NCBI GenBank assembly: GCA_965238275.1
Contig: OZ250186.1
Coordinates: forward strand, 1,792,001-1,856,000
DNA from: Nitrosopumilus sp.
GTDB lineage: Archaea; Thermoproteota; Nitrososphaeria; Nitrososphaerales; Nitrosopumilaceae
Length of the DNA: 64,000 nt
Direction of reading: 5' to 3'
The notes beneath the pieces are model-generated. The model made no database searches. It had not been told where the DNA came from and saw nothing but the letters and a program-made list of their open reading frames with translations. Shown here piece after piece: positions 41,354 through 50,565 of this stretch. The position numbers and the translations under genes were made by a program. The first letter of the stretch is position 1. Every line of letters begins with the position of its first letter.

Positions 41354-43216
41354 CTACACCATCAGCTGCGGGCGTCGGGACATGTGCCGCGGCATGTTCA
41401 GTCCTGCAAACGGCATGTCGCGTGTCTGCATGCCGGTCTCCTCTATAAACTCCTCAAACGTCAGATCCCTTACGCCTCCTGTCACCCTGTCACGCACGCT
41501 GAGGGTCTCGGAGCCTGACTCCTTTGGGCCCACCACCATGATGTACCGTATCCACTCCTTTTCGGCATCGCGTATCCTCTTTCGGATGCTCTCGTTTCGG
41601 TCGTCAATGTCCACCCTGAGACGGCAGGCAGTCAGCCTGTCTGTCAGGGATTCGCAAAAGTCGTTGAACTCGGCCTGTATCGGGATGATTCTCACCTGTG
41701 TTGGCGAGAGCCAGAACGGAAGGTGCGGCTTGATTCCCTTTTTGGAGTCGGCATCGGCCTTTTCCAGCAGCGCATAGATTATCCTCTCGATTGCCCCGCT
41801 CGGGGAGTTGTGAAGGATTATCGGGGGTATTGCCTTGTTGTTCTCGTCGATGAACTCTATGCCGTACCTGCTCCCGTTTTCGATGTCTATCTGGTCAGTC
41901 GAGAGGGCAGATGCCTTGCCCATGCCGTCTACAAAGTTAAACTCCCACTTCATGACAAAATAAAAGAACCTCTTCTTCCACATCTCCACGAGCACCGGCT
42001 TGCCGTGCCTTGCCACCATCTCCTGGACTGCCTGCCTGTTCTCGTCGTAGAATGACTCGGTCAGCCTTACTGCCATCTCATAGTCAGAGTCCTCGATTCC
42101 AAGATTGTTCAGAACCTTCTGCGAGAGATCAAAGCGCACCTTGAGCTCCCCTACTGCCTGATCAATGTCGGTGCAGAATGCATGGCAGTCAGGCATGGTA
42201 AAGGCCCTGAGCCTCCTGAGTCCGACCAGCTCGCCGGACTGCTCCCGCCGAAAGCTGTACCGCGTCATCTCGTACAGCCGGTACGGCAGGTTCTTGTATG
42301 ACATTTGGAACTGGTTTGCCATGAGAAACTGCCCGAAACATGCGGCAAACCTCAAAAAGAGCTTCTTGCCGTCCGAGTCGATGCTGTACTGCCTTGCAGG
42401 AAACCTGTTAAAGTAGCTCACCATGCTCGGGTGATCCGAGTCGTACATGATCGGGGTCTCTACTTCGTATCCGCCGTACTCTTTTACCATCTTGGTGACG
42501 TAGTTTTCTATCAGGGACTTTATCAGGCGGCCGTTGGGAAAGAACCTCATGTTTCCAGAGTCAGATGCGGACTCGTAATCTGCAATGGCCAGCTTTTTCA
42601 TCAGGGATACGTGCGGGGGCGGTGAGTCGACCCGGCGTTCCTTTTTTGACTCGTACTTTGCCAGCGTCTCCAGCTTTTTGTGTCCTGAAAAGTCAAACTT
42701 GCCCACGTCAGTCAGGGTTCCGTCAGGGGACATTATCTTCCAGTACGAGCGCATGCCTGATTCGCCCTTTAGGGCCTCAGAGGTGGCCTCGCCATCATGG
42801 GTGGCAGAATCTGCAGTTATCGTCTTGGAGCTCTCGGCCAGCGGGTGCCCCTTTACCTGGATGTGGTAGGACTTTGTCCAACCAAACGGGGAACGCGATA
42901 CTTCAAGATCAGAGGGAATGCCGTCCATTACGCGGAGTATTGCAAGGGCCTCAGACGGCCTTGCCAGGTCGGAGCTCAGGTGTGCATACGGGTACAGCAG
43001 GAGCCGCTTGCAGCCGATCTTTGCCATGGAGTCCTTAATCTGGGACATGGCGTTTCTGGCAACATCCGGATTGTCGCCGGACTCCACAGCGACAAAGGCC
43101 ACCACCACCTCCTCAATCCTTGTGGTGCCGGCATCGCCGATCTCCTCTGCCGTCTTGATCTCCCTTTTTGTGGGGGTGTACTCTATGCTGTCGCAGTGAA
43201 GCTGCAGTATCCGCAT
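41354..43216 (-). CDS. thrS: Threonine-tRNA ligase (archaeal type)
   Basis: Archaeal editing domain YPYAHLS; LRFAACFG and FTMPDCH motifs. Confidence 0.96.
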   Translation of the reverse strand: MRILQLHCDSIEYTPTKREIKTAEEIGDAGTTRIEEVVVAFVAVESGDNPDVARNAMSQIKDSMAKIGCKRLLLYPYAHLSSDLARPSEALAILRVMDGIPSDLEVSRSPFGWTKSYHIQVKGHPLAESSKTITADSATHDGEATSEALKGESGMRSYWKIMSPDGTLTDVGKFDFSGHKKLETLAKYESKKERRVDSPPPHVSLMKKLAIADYESASDSGNMRFFPNGRLIKSLIENYVTKMVKEYGGYEVETPIMYDSDHPSMVSYFNRFPARQYSIDSDGKKLFLRFAACFGQFLMANQFQMSYKNLPYRLYEMTRYSFRREQSGELVGLRRLRAFTMPDCHAFCTDIDQAVGELKVRFDLSQKVLNNLGIEDSDYEMAVRLTESFYDENRQAVQEMVARHGKPVLVEMWKKRFFYFVMKWEFNFVDGMGKASALSTDQIDIENGSRYGIEFIDENNKAIPPIILHNSPSGAIERIIYALLEKADADSKKGIKPHLPFWLSPTQVRIIPIQAEFNDFCESLTDRLTACRLRVDIDDRNESIRKRIRDAEKEWIRYIMVVGPKESGSETLSVRDRVTGGVRDLTFEEFIEETGMQTRDMPFAGLNMPRHMSRRPQLMV

Positions 43217-43491
43217 AACTTCAAACAGAAGTGCTAATTGAAATAAATCTTTACTTTGGAATTTTCGCCATATTTTTTAACCTTTGTATCTTTTGGGAGG
43301 CAATGCGGACGTACGAGATCTGCAAAAAGGCGACACAGGAGGATTTGGAAGCGGTGCAGCCAAGGTTCGCCGACATCGTCGAAGATCTGGGTGAAGTCGG
43401 GGACACGTTCAGTCGTGCCGGGATCATCAAGATGCCAGAAAGCATGTGCCAATGAGCACGAATATGTCCTGAATTCAGGCACCCGTTAGAT

Positions 43492-44256
43492 TTGTCAGTC
43501 GAGCCTAACAAAAAACCGTTTAACAAAGTTTTGATAATTCCCGCCGCAATAGCGGCAATCGTCGTGCTGGTCGCCGCATTCGCAATCAACGCAGACATTG
43601 AAGAACGCAGAGCATTTGAACAAGTCAAGACCGACTTATGCGACGTGTACCTGGACGGGTTTGACGTAAAGCTAGAATTATGCATGCCCAACCCGTCCTC
43701 GACAGATGCCAAGGTGGACAGGATCGACGTCCGTGTCTTTGCAGGTGACAACAACATAGCAGGGGTCACCATCCCCAAACACATCACAATACCTGAGAGT
43801 GAAGTGGTTGTTGTCGATGCAGACATTACCATTAAAAAAACGGGTTTGTTGGCTGCTGGCTTGGATTACCCTTTCGACAAGGATGTCAGCCTGGTGGTCG
43901 AGGGCACCGTGTACTATGATTCATCGTTTGGAACTTACGAATACCACTTCTCAGAACAACCCAATTCGTCCCAACGTCCCAACGAAGCATCAATCCGACA
44001 ACAATGTAGTGGCGCCATTAATGATCTTTTGGATTATTGGGGATATGCCCTCCAGGACAGCTCGTCCAAAGCAGAATTTGAACAGATGGTGCTGGGCAAT
44101 GGCTACGACTTTGAATCTAGGACACTGAAAATTCATGAAATATGTGATGTTAGATCGTGGCAAGGACTGACGAGCGCCAGCCCGCATTTGGACGCGCAGA
44201 CAAAACAAAGATTTGTCGATTTTTTTTCTGAACTAAATACGATGACCGGTTCTTGA
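43492..44256 (+). CDS. Membrane-anchored LEA_2-like domain protein
   Basis: N-terminal transmembrane segment; NP motif and beta-rich core (IPES..VV...I, LVVEGTV). Confidence 0.6.
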   Translation: MSVEPNKKPFNKVLIIPAAIAAIVVLVAAFAINADIEERRAFEQVKTDLCDVYLDGFDVKLELCMPNPSSTDAKVDRIDVRVFAGDNNIAGVTIPKHITIPESEVVVVDADITIKKTGLLAAGLDYPFDKDVSLVVEGTVYYDSSFGTYEYHFSEQPNSSQRPNEASIRQQCSGAINDLLDYWGYALQDSSSKAEFEQMVLGNGYDFESRTLKIHEICDVRSWQGLTSASPHLDAQTKQRFVDFFSELNTMTGS

Positions 44257-44475
44257 TCCAAGGCGTCTTTTGGCGACAGCGTGTTGTAATTCTACAAGTC
44301 AGGCAATCCGGCCTTCTCCTTATACGCTGCCGAACGCGGGGTGCATGACATGCAGGCATTGCGGCAGACCGGTCGAACGTAGCGGTAACATGATGTGCAG
44401 AAGATGCAGCGGCAAAAAATATACTTGTGTGCGTTGCGGGAACGGACTGCGCCACAATGACCCCGCCCACGCGGA

Positions 44476-45183
44476 TCAGAGCCATGCGTGCGACAGGAAA
44501 AGCCCCTTTAGGATCCCTAGCGCCACTGTAAACGCGTATGTGGCGGCTATTGCCAATGCCAGAACACCGACCGCCTTGCCCGTCCCGAACCCGTGCGATA
44601 TCTTTGTCGCCTTTACGAACAGCACAAAGGCCCACGCCATGAAAGAGGCCAAAAATGCGTTTTGAATTAGGAGGATGATACCGTGACCGGCGAAGTCGAG
44701 CGCGTATGACGGCGACAGGTCTGGATCCTGGTCTAGCGAGCCCCCTCCCACGTAGCCGCCACGCATTGATTCTAGGGGATCAAACAGGTGCATGCCGGCC
44801 AGGGTGGTGGCGACCAAAACCGCGATTGGGATCAGACAGAATGACAGCGTCGGAAACGTATCCCTGAACTTGCGGTTTCCTCCATACCTGCTTCCGATCC
44901 AGAATATCGCAGCAATGAACAGGAGGTTCTGCAGGATGGCACTGATGAGCGATATAGCGTATGCCCACATGCCATCGCCAAAGCCACTGAATGTGCCGCT
45001 GCCCGGCTCGGGCCATATGGCGGCAGACGGCAGGGCAGACACAAGGCACACGGCCGCAAATACCGCCACGGACGATGCAAGATAGCGGTCAGGGGCCATG
45101 GATATCGTCCTGAATGTGTCGCCCGGTCTTGCCATCGTGCCAGCAACGGCACAGAGCGCGCGACTACACCCGACTCCTTCCAT
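44476..45183 (-). CDS. Yip1-family membrane protein
   Basis: RPGDTFRTI, five transmembrane segments, GG..KF and HGFGTGKA motifs. Confidence 0.75.
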   Translation of the reverse strand: MEGVGCSRALCAVAGTMARPGDTFRTISMAPDRYLASSVAVFAAVCLVSALPSAAIWPEPGSGTFSGFGDGMWAYAISLISAILQNLLFIAAIFWIGSRYGGNRKFRDTFPTLSFCLIPIAVLVATTLAGMHLFDPLESMRGGYVGGGSLDQDPDLSPSYALDFAGHGIILLIQNAFLASFMAWAFVLFVKATKISHGFGTGKAVGVLALAIAATYAFTVALGILKGLFLSHAWL

Positions 45184-45965
45184 GATACACGCCCGTATGC
45201 TGATCCGGCATCTTATATGTCATCATCATTTTGGGGCACGAGTCGCGCGCGGGCCGGCCTGACACGCTCCGGACGTTTGCCGCGCATGCTAGCAGATCTC
45301 GGCCGACGCGCGTCCTGCGTGCCCGGCCCGCTTGTGCTCATGTCAGTAGCGGTACCGGTGACCATTGGCGTCTTGGTGAGCCGGGTGTTGTCTTTCATTA
45401 GGCGGAGCGGCGTCCTTGCCGGCTTGTCGGTGACGGCTGGCCTGGCGGTCTTCTTCATGGACGTGGCCATGATCGTGCATGTACAGAACAGCTAAAACTG
45501 CGCACTTGCCGCTGCCGCCGCTTGCAGTCCGAATATGTACAGTTGTGGGAAATCAGACCAGCCATAGGAGTAATCGCCGTGATGGCGCACGCGTGGCGCG
45601 CGACCGGGTGGTGACGTCTTGCCGTCCTAGTAACCGGAGCGCGCCGCCCCTGCGTATTCGTTGTTCCAGCACGTCTCAAGCAGAGGGCCTAAGGAATCTA
45701 CCATGCGCGGCTCGGTAGGAATCGTGATTTGGCCGCTTAGGAAGTGCCACGCGGGGGGTCAGGAGGGGCCAAACTGTAGTGATATGGACAAGACTGCGAC
45801 AGACACAATCGCTTTAATAAACGGACGCGCGAGGCACTTCATGGACGGAAGGGCTACGAGGTTTTTTTGGAGCAGGAAGGGGTTCACCATAATATTCATT
45901 TTGGCGGCCATCGGACTGGCGTCCGTCGTTTCTAAAGCGATATATTCGACGCTCAACCTGTTCCG

Positions 45966-46364
45966 CTAGTCTCGTTTGCCCAGAAATAAACGGCGCGTGC
46001 TAATGGAGTTTGCTGGCGGGAATCCAATCGGTGCGCTTTTCGGGGTTGGCCTTCTGGTACGCCCTAACCCCCTCACAGGATTGGCGTCACGCCAAGCTTT
46101 CTCCAGCGCGGGGCGCTTTTCTTTGCCTTTTTCCAAGTATGCGGCAACCCCCTCAGAATTGGCGTCACGCCAGGCTTTCTGGTAAGCATACACCTTTTCC
46201 TTGTTCTTTTGGCGGTACGCCTTTTGCTGCGCGGCTACCTTTGCCTTGTTCTTTTGGTGATACTGTTTGGCGTATTCGGATTTGCTCGTTCGGGAACCGG
46301 ATGCGGTCTTGGCAGGTTCGCCTGGCAGGTTCGCCTGGCAGGTTCGCCTGGCAGGTTTGGCCAC
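45966..46364 (-). CDS. Basic repeat protein or remnant (YxxKNKEK / KAWRDAN repeats)
   Basis: Helical repeats of the kind seen N-terminal to phage HNH endonucleases; no nuclease motif present. Confidence 0.4.
   Translation of the reverse strand: MAKPARRTCQANLPGEPAKTASGSRTSKSEYAKQYHQKNKAKVAAQQKAYRQKNKEKVYAYQKAWRDANSEGVAAYLEKGKEKRPALEKAWRDANPVRGLGRTRRPTPKSAPIGFPPANSISTRRLFLGKRD
46310..46357 (+). repeat. 13-bp tandem repeat, about 3.7 copies
   Basis: TGGCAGGTTCGCC three times, then TGGCAGGTT. Confidence 0.92.
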
Positions 46365-46547
46365 GGTACAGTCATGGAATGGCCTTTATTTTGTCTGTCG
46401 ATGCCATATGCACCGCACGGGAACCACCTGCGCGGCATTCGGCCGCCGTGTGCATCCAGCCGCAACCGACGAAAAGATGCAAAGGGAAAGTAAACCGCTG
46501 AAAACTACACCCACAATAAATCTTTGTAGTTGGTTTTGTTTGCCCTT

Positions 46548-47975
46548 TTATATAGCGGCGAGCGAAAGTTTGTGCAGACAGATTTCTCCGTAACGTCCTA
46601 GTGCCCTTTCTGGCGTTCTGTCAGATCTTCCAAAATCATCGTTGTCGGGTCCAAGCCGACTTGTCAAGCTGTCCTTTGCAGGACTGCCTGAACCGTGATC
46701 CTCGCGCCTTGTGACGACCTCGACATCTGCAATGATGCCTCCACAATCTTTGTGGGCTTGGCCGCCAGTCTCCTCCATGTGGAGACGTCCGTTAGTGAAA
46801 ATGATTTGTGCCGCGCTCTTGTCTGCATGGTGGTGCCATCCGCATGCCGTGCAGACAAATGATTCACTGTTCCTTGATTTCTTGTCCACGGTCTTGCATC
46901 TCATGCACGTCCTGCTCGTGTTCTTGTATTCCACGCGTTTTGGAATCCCGCCCTTCTTTTTCATCTGCCATTCAAGCTGGCCTCGAAACTCCTCAATCCG
47001 GGAGTATGCCATCTCGCGGTTCAGTCCGGTCTTTGATGCCTTTCCGTTGGATCGCCTCATTTTGGTCAAGTCCAGGTCTTCCAAAAACAACACGGACAGA
47101 TTCTTCGTTATCCGTCTGGCAATACCTGTCTCGTTGTGTTTCTGCCTGTCAGATATCTTTTTCAATTCGCGTTTTATCTTGCGGCCGATTTCGCTCCATT
47201 TGCGCGAACCATGCACGCATTTTGACCGGCGTAACTTTAACTGGTCAATCCTGTCACCGTCATGCCGTTTGCAACCGCTGGGAACGTTGTACAGTTTTTC
47301 GTTCCCATGCTCGTCTGCGACTGCCGCCAGGTGCCTTACTCCAAGGTCCAGTCCTGCCATCGAACCGGCCGCCTGTTCGGGGTCCGGAACCTCGATCTGC
47401 AAGTGCAGTTTGAATTCGCGATCACCGTCCCTGATCCTGCGCGTAATCTTCTCTGTGACATCAATCATCTGGAACGACACGGGCCTGCCTTCGGGGATCT
47501 TCGTGCGCGGTCTTACTTCCCCGAGTCCGGGCAGGAATACGGTGTCGTTGTCCCGCAGTTTTGGCTTTCCGCGTGAATTCAGCGAACGCAACCTCGTGAT
47601 TTTTTTGCCCCTCCTCATCAGGCTCGACGGTTCCGTCCACCTGTTGTGTTTGTACGTTTTGGTCTTGTCGAGCCTTATCTGTTTCTTGCGCCAGATACGT
47701 TTTACATGCTTTACTCGGTTTGCCTTGCGGAATTTGGCTACAGCCTGGAATGCCTGTTTTGAGGCGGCCTCATGCATGTGGACGCTGTTGGCCAGGTTGA
47801 ATTCCCCGCGCCATCCAGTTATCAGGTTGTTGATGTCAAACTGCGTGATTCTTGGATGTGCAAGTTTCATCATGATTGCCATGTCGTAAATGATGTCGGT
47901 TTCCAGGGAGCATTTCACGATCTTGCGTGACAGTTCTCGTGATTGTATAATTTTGATGCTTTTGCTGACAATCAT
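46548..47975 (-). CDS. tnpB: TnpB-family RNA-guided endonuclease, paralog of 29722-31164
   Basis: MIVSK start matches copy 1; GLDLG, FLEDL, CMRC/CTAC and HADKSAA motifs. Confidence 0.92.
   Translation of the reverse strand: MIVSKSIKIIQSRELSRKIVKCSLETDIIYDMAIMMKLAHPRITQFDINNLITGWRGEFNLANSVHMHEAASKQAFQAVAKFRKANRVKHVKRIWRKKQIRLDKTKTYKHNRWTEPSSLMRRGKKITRLRSLNSRGKPKLRDNDTVFLPGLGEVRPRTKIPEGRPVSFQMIDVTEKITRRIRDGDREFKLHLQIEVPDPEQAAGSMAGLDLGVRHLAAVADEHGNEKLYNVPSGCKRHDGDRIDQLKLRRSKCVHGSRKWSEIGRKIKRELKKISDRQKHNETGIARRITKNLSVLFLEDLDLTKMRRSNGKASKTGLNREMAYSRIEEFRGQLEWQMKKKGGIPKRVEYKNTSRTCMRCKTVDKKSRNSESFVCTACGWHHHADKSAAQIIFTNGRLHMEETGGQAHKDCGGIIADVEVVTRREDHGSGSPAKDSLTSRLGPDNDDFGRSDRTPERALGRYGEICLHKLSLAAI
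46553..46786 (-). ncRNA. Putative omegaRNA scaffold (copy 2)
   Basis: Hairpins co-vary with copy 1; GCAA and GAAA tetraloops. Confidence 0.65.
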
Positions 47976-48040
47976 GTACACAATAGAACTTGTTTTTTTA
48001 AAAAGGAGGTGCATTGATTGCAGGAACATGCTCTTCACTA
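46553..48040 (-). mobile_element. tnpB-only element with terminal inverted repeats and flanking TA (copy 2)
   Basis: Left end on the - strand TAGTGAAGAGCATGTTCCTGCAA (48040-48018); right end TAGCGGCGAGCGAAAGTTTGTGCA (from 46553); TA at 46551-46552 and 48041-48042. Confidence 0.75.
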
Positions 48041-48182
48041 TAGGAATGGGGCAATTAACTGAATCTTGCGCTTGGCATTATGCGCGTGGGTGTCGTCTGC
48101 TCCAGACAGGTCTGGAAGGGCGGCATTGGCAGATGCAGGAGAATTCATCCACGGAGCGAATCCAGAGTGCTGCCCGGTTCCC

Positions 48183-48512
48183 TCACAGTTTTGAGCCGAT
48201 TGCAATGATTGAGCGGAGGATCAGGGCGGACAGTCCCATCTGAGATGTAAGAAACTTTACTGCACCTGCAAGGGGTTCTTCTCCACGGTATCCCTCGTCA
48301 TAGACCATCTCGATTGAACCCCTGTCAGTATCCACAAAGGATGTTATGATGGAGTAGGTGCCATGCGTCTGGTCTGTCTGGTAGAGACGCAGTTCAACCC
48401 GGCGCACTTCAAACCCGTCCTGTACAAAGCCACCCGAGGAGAGCATAACCTCAACGTCATCAGGACTGCAGTCCACCCTTTGGGCATCAGGAACATCAAC
48501 TATCCGCATCAT
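48183..48512 (-). CDS. Conserved-type thaumarchaeal hypothetical protein
   Basis: Likely start MMRIVDVP; natural composition. Confidence 0.65.
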   Translation of the reverse strand: MMRIVDVPDAQRVDCSPDDVEVMLSSGGFVQDGFEVRRVELRLYQTDQTHGTYSIITSFVDTDRGSIEMVYDEGYRGEEPLAGAVKFLTSQMGLSALILRSIIAIGSKL

Positions 48513-48791
48513 ACTTCCTGTGAATGCATTCACATAAGTATAATTTTGGCGAATCCTCTGGCATCGCCTCTGTGGCAGGAGTGTGTGTAGACAGTCGCAG
48601 TTCGGCCGTGCGCCATTTTCCCGGCCTGCCCGATATTCAAAATAGTGGCGCACACCAGAGCATCCCTGGAATAGAATGCATGGCAGTTATTGCAGACTCA
48701 AAATACATGGGAGTGTGACTGGGAATTTTTGGATATAATTCTTGGGCATTGGCTGTAAGACTTTTTATAATAACGGGGGCGCCTTGGAGTC

Positions 48792-49139
48792 ATGCAGTAC
48801 TTTGTGGCTCTGAAGACCGGACAGAAACGCGTCGCATCCGCAAGGGAGTATCTTAACGGACTCACAGGTGGCAAGGCAATGCCGGCACTGGCACTGGCAG
48901 ATACAAAATCAGGCGTCTGGGAGCCGGTCGGCGAGGAGAACCTGTACGCGTTTGTAGACGAGTCCTCAGGGTTTGTCCTGACGGACAACAGCGGATACAT
49001 CCTTGCGCTGGTGGACAAAAGCGGTGCCTCAAAGACGATAGTGCAGGGCGTCACTGTACAGCAAAAGGAGGCGCTGGAAAAGACGTTCCGCTCAGACGGC
49101 ATAGAAAAGTTTGAAGGCAAGGTAATCCTGCCGGTATGA
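48792..49139 (+). CDS. Conserved-type hypothetical protein
   Basis: 115-aa ORF with a TTTATAA box about 25 bp upstream. Confidence 0.75.
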   Translation: MQYFVALKTGQKRVASAREYLNGLTGGKAMPALALADTKSGVWEPVGEENLYAFVDESSGFVLTDNSGYILALVDKSGASKTIVQGVTVQQKEALEKTFRSDGIEKFEGKVILPV

Positions 49140-49187
49140 CCCAAAACAACGTAAACCTTTAGTTAGACTCGTTTAAAGAAGAGTAAA

Positions 49188-50477
49188 TTGGACGGATTTT
49201 CCGAAGAAGTCGAGGCAAGCGGTCATCTGATTGACTCCATGATAATGAGCAGAATCTTTGAGAGCATAATCAACCTTCAGGGAGACTTTCAGATTCAGGA
49301 GATCAACATCGGAAAGAGAAAGACGGACAAGTCCTATTTCAGGCTGCGCGTGACCGGCAGGGACAAGAAGCATCTTGAGGTGCTCCTAGAGGAGATTCAC
49401 AGGGAGGGGGCAGTCTCCAAGATTCGAAAGGAGACAAGGCTGGTAGAATCCCCAAGGGACTGCGTTATGCCGGATAACTTTTACAGCACGACAAACAACG
49501 ACACTGAAATCTTTCATGACGGGAGATGGGTTGCAGTGGACAACATGATGATGGACAAGTGCATCAGGGTGCAAAATGGTGCAGCATCCTGCGTCCCGGT
49601 CAGGGACGTAAGAAAGGGAGACCAGATAGTGGTAGGCGAGGACGGGATAAAGATCACGCCGCCTGAGCGTCCAAGGGAGGGGGCCAACATATTTGAGTTT
49701 ATGGGAAGTTCAAGCTCTAGCGAGAGGCCGACCCAGCACATTGCAAGAAAGGTGGCAGACGACATATACGATACCAAAAAGGCAGGCGGCAGGGTGATTA
49801 TAGTAGGGGGCCCTGCAATCGTACACACGGGAGCTGCAGATACCGTGGCAGAGATGATACGGCTGGGATTCATAGACGGAATCCTTGCAGGAAACGCACT
49901 TGCAGTACACGACATAGAGTATGCCACGCTTGGGACGTCGCTTGGGATGAATGTTCACGATGCGTCCCTGGCACACCACGGGCACAGAAACCACATGGAT
50001 GCAGTCAATGCCGTGTTCAAGGCAGGCTCGATTGCAGAGATGGTAAGGTCAGGAGTGCTGACAAGGGGAATAATGTACGAGTGCATACAGAACAACGTTC
50101 CGTTTGCCCTGGCAGCCTCAATCCGGGATGACGGGCCGCTCCCTGACGTGACAGTCGACATAGTCGAGGCACAGCGAAAATACAAGAAGATCCTCAAGGG
50201 CGCAGACATGGTAATAATGGTCTCCACGATGCTCCACTCCATCGCAGTCGGAAACATGCTGCCTGCCAACGTCAAGGTGATTGTCGTGGATATCAGCCAG
50301 CCGACAGTCACAAAGCTGATGGACCGGGGAACGTGGCAGGCGCTGGGGATTGTAACTGACGTGGGCGCGTTCCTGCCCATGGTGGCAGATAACATCCGAA
50401 GAAGGATGAAGACGGACGACAGCACTCAGACGAATCCCGGATCCGCACGCATCTCCAGCACACCAGGCAGTTCATGA
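49188..50477 (+). CDS. TIGR00300/LOR-SDH family protein (putative ornithine cyclodeaminase)
   Basis: GHLIDS, FYSTTN, FEFM.SSSSSERP, GNALAVHDIE and SIRDDGPLP motifs. Confidence 0.88.
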   Translation: MDGFSEEVEASGHLIDSMIMSRIFESIINLQGDFQIQEINIGKRKTDKSYFRLRVTGRDKKHLEVLLEEIHREGAVSKIRKETRLVESPRDCVMPDNFYSTTNNDTEIFHDGRWVAVDNMMMDKCIRVQNGAASCVPVRDVRKGDQIVVGEDGIKITPPERPREGANIFEFMGSSSSSERPTQHIARKVADDIYDTKKAGGRVIIVGGPAIVHTGAADTVAEMIRLGFIDGILAGNALAVHDIEYATLGTSLGMNVHDASLAHHGHRNHMDAVNAVFKAGSIAEMVRSGVLTRGIMYECIQNNVPFALAASIRDDGPLPDVTVDIVEAQRKYKKILKGADMVIMVSTMLHSIAVGNMLPANVKVIVVDISQPTVTKLMDRGTWQALGIVTDVGAFLPMVADNIRRRMKTDDSTQTNPGSARISSTPGSS

Positions 50478-50565
50478 CAACGGCATTCCCGAGACGACTC
50501 CCAGAAGGTTCCACCTAAAACAATACGGCATCCCACAGTAGCCAGGATCATCTCATGCCGAACCG

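Noticed and set aside
46711-47889. Long antisense ORF (392 aa) over tnpB copy 2, and similar antisense ORFs over IS66 and trpA
   Set aside because: These are shadow frames of real genes with no recognisable motifs.
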